Assembly (NCBI RefSeq): GCF_018350175.1 | Contig: NC_058368.1 | Coordinates: forward strand, 205,594,001-205,658,000 | Source of the DNA: Felis catus | Taxonomy: Eukaryota | Direction: 5' to 3' | DNA length: 64,000 nt | Part shown: positions 24,731-37,392 of the stretch, one piece after another | How positions within the stretch are numbered: position 1 is the first letter of the stretch | Layout: each line of letters opens with the position of its first letter | Made by a program: the position numbers and the translations under genes | Notes under the pieces: generated by a model | What the model saw: only the letters and a program-made list of their open reading frames with translations | What the model was told of the DNA's origin: nothing | The model's database searches: none

Positions 24731-25747
24731 CTATCTACCCTGCCCCCTGCTCCTCCCCCCAATGAGAGAGCCCTTTCTTGCTAGAGCAGTGACATAGTTT
24801 AAAGAATACATCTCTTTTTAGGCCTGAAGTAAGAACTATTTATAATCAAAAGAAATGTGTTGTGGTCTCTGAGGCCATGTTTTAAAAATATGCCTTGGGC
24901 TGTGGCCTGTCCTGGACTTCTTTACAGCTTTAATTTCTTTCTGATTTATAGAAATATGAGAGGATGGAAGCTCATGGTCAGATGACAAAATGGACTTTTG
25001 TGGAATTGATGGCCACAAAATAGCTAAAGGAGAGCTGGGGTGTGGTTCAGATATCCCTTCAAACTTTTGCAACCTGTCAACTTAGACTGAGAAGAACATT
25101 TTTAAAAATTATTATTATTAAAGTTTTTAGTTCCTGCTTAAAAATACAAATACAATAGACTAAACTGCAAACATTTTCACTAGGATCCTTTCCAGGTTCT
25201 GGAGGTAAAACAATGTCCTCTTTGGGGTTGAGCCCCTTAATTATTTAGTAAGAGAAGGTGGGGAGCTAAGCCAAGGACATTTCTTCCTTTTCTGTTGGGT
25301 TTCTCTGTGAGAGTCCTTTGACTATACTCAGTTTCCCCCATTTCCAGCTTCCTGTGGTATCAGATGTTTAAGAGAAAAGGCAAGATAATGTTTTTAGAGA
25401 TATTTATCTAATAGTTCAGAAACCCGCACTTTAGCGGCTTTGAAATTAGCTGCTTCTGACCTATTTCAGGGCAAATTTCTGTCTTTTCAAGGTGACTGCT
25501 GGTGACAATCCTGCTCAGGCACTCAGGGTTCCAGTTTCTCTCCCCATACTGTCTCCGCAGAGCATGTGGCCATTCGTGGTCATTCCATCTAGATCATGGA
25601 GACGAGAAAGCTTGGCATGGTCAAAGCCACTTTCTTCTTTGGACATTTGTTGAACTGTAATCCTTCCCTAATCAGGAATGATCTTCTAGGAGCTAAATAT
25701 GGCCAAGTTAATATTGTCAATGGTCAAATGATAAAAACCAAGACTTA

Positions 25748-25983
25748 GGGGCACCTGGGTGGCTCAGTTGGTTAAGCATCTGACTCCTGATTGCAGCTCA
25801 GGTCATGATCTTACAGTTTGTGAGATTGAGCCCCATGTCAGGCCCTACACTGACAGCATGGAGCCTGCTTGGGATTCTCTCCCTCTCTCTCTGCCCCTCC
25901 CCAGCTCACGCATGTGCGTGTGCACGGGTACTAACTCTCTCTCTCTGTGTCTCTCAAAATAAATAAAAATTAAAAAAAAAAAA
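25748..25983 (+). mobile_element. CanSINE
   Basis: ggggcacctgggtggctcagttggttaagc head; AATAAA + poly(A); TSD aagactta. Confidence 0.93.
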
Positions 25984-25984
25984 G

Positions 25985-26043
25985 ACTTAGCATACTTAGA
26001 GACTTAGCATACTTAGCATATGCTTAGCATACTTAGCATACTT
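25985..26043. repeat. 9-bp minisatellite (ACTTAGCAT)n, ~6 imperfect copies
   Basis: acttagcat acttagag acttagcat acttagcat atgcttagcat acttagcat actt. Confidence 0.9.
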
Positions 26044-28419
26044 TAAGAGACCTTTTCTAATACAGAAGTCCCTTACAACATCTGCCTCAACCTCACAATT
26101 ACAGGTTGGTTGGTGAACTATGTTTTTACAAAAAATATGCCATGAACAAACATGACTCAAAGCCATCTCACACATCTAAATGCTGCAACATTCCCTTTCT
26201 CATTGGTCACTTATTCTATCTGATATTAAATAGCCAGAAAGTAATACTTTTGAAGGCCTATAAGCAACAAAATGGATTTCTCAATACCCATATATTAAAT
26301 TTATATAGTTTATTTATATAGTCCCTCTGATCTTCACTTTGTTCTCTGTATGCTCTTGCTGCGTGCAAAATTTTAACAAGCTTAGGAGTATGGTTTCCCA
26401 GTTCATAATATATTAGAAACAATATATCAGAAGGGAAAACTCATTAGAATGAGCAAGAAGTCATGATGATGGTCATATTGTGATGGAGGATGCAGAGAAA
26501 TGAGAAAAGGCAGTTTCAAGAATTTCAAATAAACAAGCATCACAGTAGCCCAGAGCCATTTTGTACAGAAACATGGCCCTCTCCGCTCATAATGGAAAGC
26601 ATTTCCGTGGTACAACCCTGCAGGATAAAAGGATGTTCATGGTGTTGACCCTGAATTGTCAAGCAAAATAAAGAGACAAAATCATGACAGGCAACCTCTG
26701 TTTATGAGGCAGATAAGCATTCAATATATGTTAGAAGTATTTTCAAATAAAATAGCTTAAATAAAACATATTCAAAGGCTCTAATGGATAAGTTATGGCT
26801 AGCTGGGAAATTCATTTATGTGAAACCCCATTTGACATTGTGATAATGTCAAATAAGTGAGGTGCGTTACCTGGTTAAGAGTTGAAGAGTACAGCTAATA
26901 CAATCTTGATGTCATAGACATACTGAAATACTCATAAGGTAAAACTGCCTCAATAAAATTTAATATTAATGGCTGGAGTTGGTGTTGGGGACAGGAAGGC
27001 AAAAAAAAAAAAAAAAAAAAAAAAAAGAAAGAAAACAACGAAAAGGTCTCTATCCTATATACAAAATGTTTGCACCTGACTGGTTACCTCCATTTGGTAA
27101 GCTGTGGGGAAGATAAATACTCCACAATCTGTGTAAACTTCAGACAGTCTAATTAACAACAGATTCAAATAACTCAGTTAGCAAATGTTTTCAGTAGAAG
27201 AATTGTATTTAAACAACCAAAACCAGGGGTAGAGAACCTTAATATCCTAATGTTTGGCTTACCGTATTAGTATTGTATTTGGGAAACAGAAGGGTACTCG
27301 AATGCTGCATGCATTGTTTCAGATTCACCTGGTTTCTCTGTAGGAGACACCAAGGATATTTTCTCCTGCTTTGTTATTAGATTTGTATTTGTCTGGCTTC
27401 TTGGATACTATGGAGATAAGTGCTTTGAAATTACCCAGAGAGAAGTGGATTAATTGTTTTGTCTTTCAAATATCTTAGTAAAAGATTTGAAAATTATTAT
27501 TTGTAAGGTTGTAAGTAGATACTTAATGAAGCCTGGCAAATTGAGTATCCCCTCCAGACACACTGAATTAGCACTATGGACCAAAAACCTACAACATAAA
27601 AATATTCTAAGCTAAAGTCAGAAGTTCTCAGTGTTCCTCATTTACCTCTGCTTCCCCAAATTCACTCCTGGGAATGACCCATGTTGTCTGTTGAACACAT
27701 TGTTTTGAATTTGCTCTATTCACAGCTCATGGTGGAGGCTATGAGGTGCTGGTGGGGCATAGGCACTGTCTCACCTATCATCGCTTTAGCACAAGCTTTT
27801 CAGAGTCCCAGGGTCTCAGTCATTTCACACCTCTTTCATGAATCCTTCTGCCTGTCCAGTGTGATATGTATCTGTAGTGATGCAAGAATGAAAGTTACTG
27901 ATGACAGCTTGAGCTCCTCTAAGAAGTCAAGAAAGCCTCTGGAGTACTGTGACAAAGGTTTGCTGATGGAAAAAAGTTTTTCCACTCACAAACATCCTAC
28001 TCAACTCCTGTCTGTCCCAGGTCAGTATTTCTTTCTTTTCTCTGTGCCACAAATTCAGTGGGTACTCCTTCATCTTAGGTCCAAGACTTTACTGGTAATA
28101 ATGCTTCTCTTTATATCAGTTCTTTTCCTAGCTCTGACACCACTGATGAGAGCCCATTTCTTTTTCTTTATCTGCTTCACCTGCTTTGGGAGGGAGTAGG
28201 CTCTTGGAATCTAGTCTCCATGTGATTCTCAGTAATAAGAGAGACCACCTTCTCCTCACTCCAAGTCAGTGACAGCATTGTCCTAGTAGTGAACTTAAAT
28301 TATCGTGTAGCACCTCAGAATGTGCCCAGCTGGCTTTTACCAATGATTGATGGAGGGATTGTAGCTCAAAATGGTGAACAGAAATAACTACTGAGTAATT
28401 TTTAAAAGACATTAGAGTT

Positions 28420-28610
28420 TAAAGCACTTTCAAATGTTTGATCTATTGTGAACTTCAAAATGGTCCTGTGTGGAAGGTAGTATAGAAATTAGTTGTATCA
28501 TCTTTATTTTACAGATGAAGAAATTGAGGGAAAGTGACTTATCCAAAGTTACACAATAAGGTATTGGCAGAAGAAAAAATGGACTGAGGACTTCTGGGTC
28601 TGCCATACTT
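28420..28610 (-). mobile_element. MIR
   Basis: 'attttacagatgaagaaattgagg...gtgacttatccaaagttacaca'. Confidence 0.8.
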
Positions 28611-31600
28611 TCTACTTCTGGCTGCTGGCTCTCTTGGCCATTGTAGAGCATCATGTAATGCTGCAGTATGACAACAACATTAACAACAGCAAATCAACGT
28701 TGTCCCTTAGATGTGAAGGTGATAGTATGGATCCCATGAGAGATAAGTGTGCAACTATTCATCTTCTTGTCCCTCATGTGACAATGGCAGACATTTCCAA
28801 GCTGTTTGGGATTCAGGAGTAATGAAGCCTTGAAATGAGGTGAAACTAGCTGGTCCTTCTGGCATGAAGTCTTTGACCTGATTAGCATCAGGATCTGTCT
28901 AATCAAGACAATCATGTGAAATGACTAGATTGATAAGCTGCTTTCATTAAAGGGGGAGAGAAAACCAGGAAATGCCTACAACTCTATGATATGCCAAATT
29001 AAAAAGATGTTATGTGCCCTTCCTTATTCGAACTCTGATGAAATAAATAAATTTATTTATATATCTCTTCTCTGGAGCCGAAATTCTGGAATGAAACTGG
29101 CAAAGGTAAGGCACAAATGACTGTGTTGCTGGGACTCCTGCCTCCCCTGCTCTCTCTCATGTTCCAAACACATTTCAAAGGAATCTTAACTTCCACACTC
29201 CTGCGGTCCTGCTAGCTCAATTAGAGGGGCCAGCCTGGCCTTTTTCACCGTGCCCTGTGGGAATACCCTTTGATATCAGTGGGGATCCTAGGGTTGAATG
29301 AGAGAATAGAATGAGAAGCTGGCTTCAGGGGGATATTTGATCGCAGAGTTGGGTCATGGTGAGAGCAGACACCGCCTGTGAGGATAGTTTCATGCCAGCT
29401 GAGGAGATCAGCCTCTGCCAGGCTGACTGCGGTGGAACGCAGGCGTTTACCTTAGCTAAACCTTGAATGACTGCCTGTGTATCTTCAGTGAGCATACTCA
29501 GGGAGCTGAGAGTTTCAGACAATCATGATGCCAGATCTGCTTTCTGAAGCAGGAGGTTTGTTCAAGTTCTGTATTCAAGCTTCCTGCTGAAAATGTTACA
29601 GAGAACAAGTGCACCATACAACAAATCCCAGAACCTGATTCAGTGGCTGAAAACTGTAGCATTGCTTCAACCCCACCCCAGCTTTATCCTCAGCACCTCA
29701 TCTCACTTGGATCCTGAGAGTACTGGCCTTTTCTCCTACCATCCATATTGACTGAGAGAATAAAGAGAAGAAATAAAGATGGGGAGAGATGAAGAAACGA
29801 AGAGTAAAATGGCACAGAGGGAGAAGGAGGGATGGAAAATGAGGCAGGTTTCTGAGTGGCTTGCATACCTGGGGCAAAAACAAATATTAGAACAAGGTCC
29901 CATGCAAAACAAAAGACTCTTCTTTCCTTTGTATCCTTGACCTCAGACAACAAAATTTCCTTCAGGAAAGATTTTACCCTCATCCACAAAGACACACTCA
30001 AGATTGATCTTGCTACCTCTAGCCCTTGGAACACTATCACTGAGGGCAGTCAGGTTCCTAGGAGTGCTCGATGGAAAAGCAAAGTGCCTATCCCTCAGTG
30101 AGCCTCAAAGCCTGCTTTCTTCTCCTCCAATGCTAATAAATGACCATTACAGTATACACAGAGTCACTGTCCATCTGATGTCCACAGTATACACAGAGCC
30201 AGCCTCTCTTTGAAGTACTTTAGTAGGAGACAAGACTGGTGCAGAATAAGGAAAAAAGGGAGGAATGGGCTAGTTTAGGTGAACCTATCCATCTCTGTTT
30301 GGTCTAATTTTTCAGAGGCAAGAAGATGATTGAAATATGAGAAGAGTAAATAGACACTGTGTCATAAAAAAATTAAGGAAACCAACACTGAAACCCTTCC
30401 TGCTACGAAACAAGTGCTCAAAGTCCTTATAAATATGGCATATGGTTCAATAATTGACACCAAGAAACCTCATATAAAAAGACACAGGAGGAAAACAACA
30501 AATTAAGGGTCCATTTCAACTTGAATTGATGTAAAATCATGGCGTCTCACTTCCAAAAAAAGGAACTTCACAAATATTTTTGGCTCTCCTGGGCTAGGAG
30601 GATTAGTTTTGCCTACATCAAATGGCATTAGTGTCAATCAAATAGTGTCATTCAGAACCATTATCAGGAGATAATGAAGACCATCTCCAATGTGGTCTGA
30701 GAGATTTTTGGAAACATTTGCTTCTGTAGCAATGCATGCTGCTCTGTGTGATCCACATGAGTTGTTTCCATTTTCAAAATGTAGTACTCTGCTGGGACAG
30801 AATTGAAGGAATAAATTATTTTCTCTAGTTAATGCCTCAGGTCAGACACCTTCCTGAATCAAGTATTGTTACTGGCAGAATTGCCTAAAAACATAATGCA
30901 TGACTCATGAGCACATATGGCAATATATTTAAAATGAGGCCTGGGTGTGGAGATCCATTTTTACTTACTGTGCCATTTGCACTAATGAGGGCTTCACAAT
31001 GAAGACCAATACAGCCTGGGTGGTTCTAGCCACGCCTAAGGGAGGAATGGAGAATCTATTAACAGAAGGTCATATTACTTGGTTACTCTTGGTTATAGAA
31101 AGGAAAAACATAGTGTTAACTTTAACTTTTTTCAAATAGAGAAAAATAGAAAAATATCAATTTATTTTTGTTTACTGACTTGATAGTTTTTCACCATACT
31201 CTGTCAGAACCAGGAGGGCTTGAGCACAAGGCATGATGGGATGTGACCAAAGTCTGGCTCAGAGAACACTTGGTGTCATTCAGTCCCAGCCAGAATCCAT
31301 GTGGACACATCAATTCCAGTGGAGCAAATGCCCCCATCCAAAGGGAGTGCACAGTATTGTGAAAATCTCCCAGGCTATACTTGAACACACAGGGGCCAAG
31401 TGGCCATCATCATGGCTCTAGAGATGTGGCCATGGGAGTGGAAGACACTGGTTGTCTGGGGAAGCTCATTAACAAGATCCAGGAAGGGCCTCAGAGCCTC
31501 CATGAGCAGTCGTTGTCCTCCCAAGGTCTTACCCCAATGGCTGTTGTCATCTCTCTCTCTGCTTCTATTTTGCAACTGCCCAGTCCCACAGGATCAGGGC

Positions 31601-31794
31601 AGGATCAGATCTGATCCAAAGAAGACTTTCCAATGTAACATGACATTGGGGCTGAGGTTAAAACGAAGCAAGTAAGGTGGATCATGCAAGTGCAGACTCA
31701 GACTTTGTTTTTATGTAAGGTTTTAGATTTTATTTGTCATGCATTTGGGGGAATTTTGGGGGAATGCTTTTCTAAAAAGCATTGCATACAAATA

Positions 31795-32014
31795 TTTATT
31801 TATGTATTTATATTATCTTTAATGAGCTTTTCAAATATTATTTCTTTTTGAGAGAGAGAGGGGCAGAGAGAGAGGGAGAGAGAGAATCCCAAGCAGGCTC
31901 TGTGCTGACAGCACAAAGCCTGACGTGGGGCTTGATCTTATGAACTGTGGGATCATGTCCTGGGCCAAAATCAAGAGTAAGACACTTAACTGACTGAGCC
32001 ACCCAGGCACCCCC
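31795..32014 (-). mobile_element. CanSINE
   Basis: gagagaatcccaagcaggctc...tgactgagccacccaggcacccc. Confidence 0.92.
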
Positions 32015-33199
32015 AAGAAATTATTTAAAATTATCCTAAGTGCTGAGTTTTATTGACACCCTTAAATTTTTTGCCTGAGCTGAGTGCCTCACTTGCATTA
32101 CCTTGGTTTCATGTTTTGACCCTTTGTCGTAAAATATGATTTAAACAGTAGCAGCCTAAACTGATGTTTCTTCAGTGGGTGCTCATAGAGTTTAGGGAAT
32201 AGTATCTCTAGGTGGTACGGGACAGAAACTTACTGCCAATATACCTAGATGAGATGGTAAGATGGTAATCAACAATCTGTGGCTTTGGTTTCTATTAAGC
32301 ATTGGCCATCTCCTCAAGGACATTTATATATATGAAGTTTAGTTAAAATCAATTGAATTTCTTTAAAAATGGAAACCAAGCCCATTCATGTTCTATGACC
32401 CAGGCATGGGTCGATTTAGCATTAAAAGAAAAAAAGAAGAAAAGGAATCCATTGCTCTTGAATTGAAATTAATCCAGTCATTTTTATTATCCTCTGCTTG
32501 CTTGGCAATAAAAAAGCTCTTTTGAAACATAAATATAATACATGGTTCAAAATTAATTTAAGAGTTATTAAATGATTTAGCACCTAATAAAATAGAAACA
32601 TGGCAACATGGAACACTTTTATGTAGAGAAATAAGGAATCTATCCTACAGGACAAGGCAGCTCCGAGTGTCCTTGCTATGCAAGCCTGTCTTCAATCCCG
32701 ATTGTGATCAGTGGCCATCAGGCCTCCTAAGGGTTGGGCTGGGTCTGGGACAAGTGTGGACCCAATCAAGATTTTTCTTTTTCTGTAAAAAACTTTTCCC
32801 TTTTCCCTTTTACATTTTTCCTAGCCCTTTTGCACCCTATCTTAATCACCCTATATGCTCTAGTCAACAACTTATACTCCAGATGCTTCCTTTGGCTTCC
32901 TGTTTCTCCTTCAGTCAGGACTACATTTGATTGCAGGTAGTAGAAAACTCCACTGCATTAGCTTGGTCGAGTCTGGGTTTATTTTTTCACATCCAGAGCA
33001 AGGTAGCTCATGGCTGATAAGATTATTTTAATCTGGGTCTGTTGTCACTCCTTAATTGGATCAATTAAAAAAAAAAGGAGAAAATAACTATTGGTTAAGC
33101 AAATAGGAGAACCTGCCACACACTTCATTAAATCTGAATGCTCAATACTCTGTTCTTAAAACAACAAATTTGGTCCCTAAAAGGCATCAGAAAATCTGT

Positions 33200-33390
33200 C
33201 ATAAAAGCTTTAAAACATACCATCTCATTTAATCCATATAGCATTCTGATGGTAGTTATATGTATTTCACAGAAGAAGAATCAGAAGTCTGATGAAGTTA
33301 AATGGCTTTCTTCCAGTCACACAGGGCATGGTAGAGCAAGAATCCAAAGTCTGGTGTTTGGCTTAAGTCTAACAACTCTTCCTATTGTAT
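33200..33390 (-). mobile_element. MIR
   Basis: 'atctcatttaatcc...atttcacagaagaagaa...gaagttaaatggctt...gtcacacag'. Confidence 0.7.
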
Positions 33391-33762
33391 TTGTGTGATA
33401 AACCGATCTGTGCCTTATATTAATGGTCTTCAGTCTAATAATTGGAATCATGTCTCTTTCTTTTAGTGGCCAATACTTCGTATCAGAGGAATGATTCTGA
33501 TCAGGGGAATTTAGGAACTAGATGGCTTTTGAACCAGCAGGCTATAGACCTCAGCTGATGCCGGAGGCCTTGAAGATAATACTGAAATGGGTTTTATAAG
33601 ACAGGTTGACAAATATCTCTATATTTTTGGTGGATCAATATGAATCAGGACAGAGTGGTAAAAAGCATTGCTTATTCAATCCTTGGTTAAACCTCAACTT
33701 CTTAAAGGTTATGAGATCCAACCATTAGCACAAAAAAAATGCTTTTACGATCACAAACTTAC

Positions 33763-34281
33763 AACTTGGAGGGCATCACGCTAAGTGACCTAAGCCAGAC
33801 TGAGAAAGACAAATACTGCACAGTATCACTTACATGTGGAATAGAAACAAACAGTTGAACTCATAGAAACAGAGAGGAGAGAAGTGGCTGCTAGGAGCTT
33901 GGGGGTTGGCAAAAAGGGTACAAACTTTCAGTTACAAGATGAATAAGGTCTGAGGATCTAATGCATAACATGGTGACTATAGTTAATAACATTGTATTGT
34001 ATAATTAAAATTAGCTAAGATGGGGCGCCTGGGTGGCGCAGTCGGTTAAGCGTCTGACTTCAGCCAGGTCACGATCTCGCGGTCCGTGAGTTCGAGCCCC
34101 GCGTCAGGCTCTGGGCTGATGGTTCAGAGCCTGGAGCCTGTTTCCGATTCTGTGTCTCCCTCTCTCTCTGCCCCTCCCCCGTTCATGCTCTGTCTCTCTC
34201 TGTCCCCCCCAAAAAAAAAATTAGCTAAGAGAAAGTAGAAGTTAATATTTTCTCTCTCACGCACATACACGCACATACACG

Positions 34282-34315
<34 letters not shown>

Positions 34316-34480
34316 GGTAAACATGTGAGGGAGTAGATGTGTTAATTAACTCCATAGGGGGAATTTTTCAAATGTATGTGCATATCAAATCATCACATTG
34401 TACACTTTAGATATCTTACCATTGTATTTGCTAATTATATAACCATAAAGCTGAAAACAAATTAAAAGAAAAAAGAAAAT
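33763..34480 (+). mobile_element. L1MA9-like 3' end, interrupted by a young SINE
   Basis: 'gctaagtgacctaagccagactgagaaagacaaatactgc...gggtacaaactttcagttacaagatgaataag...catggtgactatagttaataac...catcacattgtacac'. Confidence 0.85.
34022..34220 (+). mobile_element. Young felid SINEC_Fc with perfect 14-bp TSD
   Basis: ggggcgcctgggtggcgcagtcggttaagcg with CpGs retained; TSD aaaattagctaaga at 34007-34020 and 34217-34230. Confidence 0.96.
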
Positions 34481-34481
34481 T

Positions 34482-34680
34482 GGGGTTCCTGGGTGGCTCA
34501 GTCAGTTAAGTGTCCGACTCTTGAGTTGGGCTCAGGTCATGATCTCACGGTTCGTGAGGTTGAGCCCTGCATCGAGGTCTGAGCTGACCGCATGGGGCCT
34601 GCTTGGGATTCTGTCACTCTCCTTTTCTCTCTGCCCCTCTTGCACGCTCTCAAAATAAACAAAAATAAAACTTTAAAAAA
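34482..34680 (+). mobile_element. CanSINE inserted at the L1 tail
   Basis: ggggttcctgggtggctcagtcagttaag head; AATAAA tail. Confidence 0.92.
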
Positions 34681-35229
34681 GAACAGAGAAGAAAATCTTC
34701 ATTACAACGAGACCAGTTATGCAAACATTTTTAGGATATTTGCCTGCTTTACTATTACTTGTTTTAATGACTTCAGTTTGTGGAATGAATGTACTCATTT
34801 CTCCAAAATACAGAACCTATGATTTAGGTATGTGGCCACCAGATAATATACTGCATTAGAGTTACATTGATGAGTAGAACATGAGAAGTCTCAACCAAAA
34901 AAATATAAAATCCTTCATTAAAACAGTTAACCTAAACTAAATAAATATTACATACCCAGTGAAGAGTGTAAATTTTTAGAAGAATTAGGGCTTGGGAAAT
35001 AATTATGGAGATGGTCTTTTATTGCTAGAGGATCTCAGGATGCCTTTGCTACGTCTCAGAGCATCTCATCTCCTTCCTGGGGTTTACATTTAATTTACAT
35101 AAAAATCCTTCTAGCTGAGGAAATATGTTTCTGTTTCATGTTTACATGAGATGTAAAATCTCAGCCATGTTTAGGTTTTGTTTTCCAAACATGTCTAAGT
35201 ATAGCATACATTCTTAAAACAGATATATT

Positions 35230-35430
35230 TTTATTAAACAAATTCTTTTAATGTTTATTTTTGAGAGAGAGCGCGAGCAGGGGAGGGGCAGAGAGAGAAG
35301 AGACATAGGACCCAAATCAGGCTTCAGGCTCTGAGCTGTCAGCACAGAGCCTGAAGCTGGACTCGAACTTGTGAACTGCGAGATCGTGACCCCAAGTTGG
35401 TGCTTAACTAACTAAGCCACCCAGGAGCCC
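35230..35430 (-). mobile_element. CanSINE with ~19-bp TSD
   Basis: TSD ttcttaaaacaga(t/a)atatt at 35211-35229 and 35431-35449. Confidence 0.92.
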
Positions 35431-36059
35431 TTCTTAAAACAGAAATATTAAGTGGTTTTCAACCCATGTTTTTTGAACTGACTTCATTGCCAATGACATT
35501 TTCAATTTGGGTTTTATTGATGATTTTTTTTTTTAATTTTAGGGGATCAACATTGCTAGGAGAGTACTATCCCTGAAAGACAGATTTTTTTTTCTAAATT
35601 ACATTTGTTTCTGACAAAAAACTAGAGTCAGTTTCATATTTGGATGGATTTGATCAAATACTAGATATCTTGACTTAAGTGTTTGAGTAAATGTTTATTA
35701 ACAGAGGTGTTCCAGGAGTAACTATCACTTTAATTTATTATTCTGAATCTTGTTTTTTCCCCTACTTCGCAACCACTGCGTGTGTGTTTCCTAGAGTTCT
35801 TGGTTGTTGTTGTTTTACTTCATTTTTCCAGATAATTCTTCCTTCTCCTCCCTATAACCTTTGCTCTGTCCCTGCCTTCCTCTACCACACCATAGACATA
35901 TTCTAGCCAATTCATTTGCTGTGCTCCCTCTTTCCACACCCACACTTTTACTACACATCTTCACTGCACACGCAGCTCTCTGCATTATTCTGCAGACTTC
36001 TGTGTTTTCCTTTTTCTTGTCTGATGCCCAATAACAAAACAGTATTAAAAACATCTTGG

Positions 36060-37075
36060 TTTCCTTTCCTCTAGCTTTATTGAGATATAATCAACAAAAT
36101 TATATGTATTTAAGGTGTATAATGCAATGATTTGATATACATATACATTGTGCAATGATTACCACAATCATGTAAATTAACACATCCATCCTCTCACATA
36201 GTTACCATTTGTATGTATGTGGTGAGAACATTTAAGATGAACTCTCTTAGCAAATTCCAAGTATCCAATACAGTATTATCAACTATAGTCACCATGCTAT
36301 ACATTAAATCCCTAGAATTTACTTCTCTTATAGCTGAAAGTTTGTACTCTTTGACCAAAATTCTCCCTTTTCCCACAAACCCTGTCCCTGGCAACCACTA
36401 TTCTGCTTTCCATTTTGATGGGGTCTACTCTTTTTGTTCTGCGTATGAGTAAGATCATACTTATTTACATATTTATACTTATTTACATATTTATCTTTCT
36501 CTAATGTATTTTACTTAGTATAATATCCTCTAGGTTCATCCATGTTGTTACAAATGGCAGGATTTCCTTCTTTTTACAAACAAAAATATTTCATATATAT
36601 GTATATCATCATATAATATCATATAAATATGTATATTATCATATAAATATGTATATTATCATATAATATGTATATAAATGATAATATATATATATACACA
36701 TATAGATAGATAGATATTAATCTATTTTCTTTATCCACTCATCTAAGAACAGACACTTCAGTTGTTTCCATACCTTGGTTATTGTGAATAATGCTGCACT
36801 GAGCATGGGAGTGAAGATACCTCTTCAAGACACTGATTTTATTTCCTTTGGATAGGGTGCAAATATCTCTTCAAGATACTGTTTTCATTTCCTTTGGATA
36901 TATTCCCAGAAGTGAGATTACTGGATCATATGGTAGTTCTATTTTTAATATTTTGAGGAAAATATGGAAAACTTGTTTTCCATAGTGGCTGTACCAATTT
37001 ACATTCCCACCAATAGTCCACAAGTTTCCCTTTTCTCCATATCCTTGAGAAACATCATGGCTTCTTAATTCTTTA
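36060..37075 (-). mobile_element. L1MA9-like 3' end with internal (TA)-rich expansion
   Basis: 'gctttattgagatataat...aactatagtcaccatgctatacattaaatcc...gtggctgtaccaatttacattcccaccaatag'. Confidence 0.88.
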
Positions 37076-37336
37076 TTTTTCAAGTTATATTAAAACAAAA
37101 TTGTATATTGTCAAAGGATGGCTACTTGTCATTTAAATGAGTAAAAAGGAAAAGGTAAAAAACTAACCAAAAACAGCTCTCTACTTAAGCAATGAATCTT
37201 TGTCTTGTTCTATAAATATCTAAAACTTGAATCAATAGGGGTGAGCTGCTCTTTTGGATGCTGATGATTCTCAAAGTGGAATCTTATCGACTGAGTGTTC
37301 TGAAGATAAGCTCCTCAGATCCTCCAAAAGTAGTTT

Positions 37337-37392
37337 AAGTGTATGGGGGCTGGGGAAGTGTATGGGGGCTGGAGAAGTGTATGGGGGCTGGG
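37337..37392. repeat. 19-bp G-rich tandem repeat, ~3 copies
   Basis: aagtgtatgggggctgggg / aagtgtatgggggctggag / aagtgtatgggggctggg. Confidence 0.92.

Noticed and set aside
25985..26043. Short direct-repeat array considered as CRISPR-like
   Set aside because: No unique spacers, no cas genes, and a mammalian context.
27681..28199. Longest ORF (172 aa), including an exon-like piece MKVTDDSLSSSKK...LSVP followed by cag|gtcagt
   Set aside because: No recognisable protein similarity; hydrophobic composition typical of T-rich non-coding DNA; weak acceptor.
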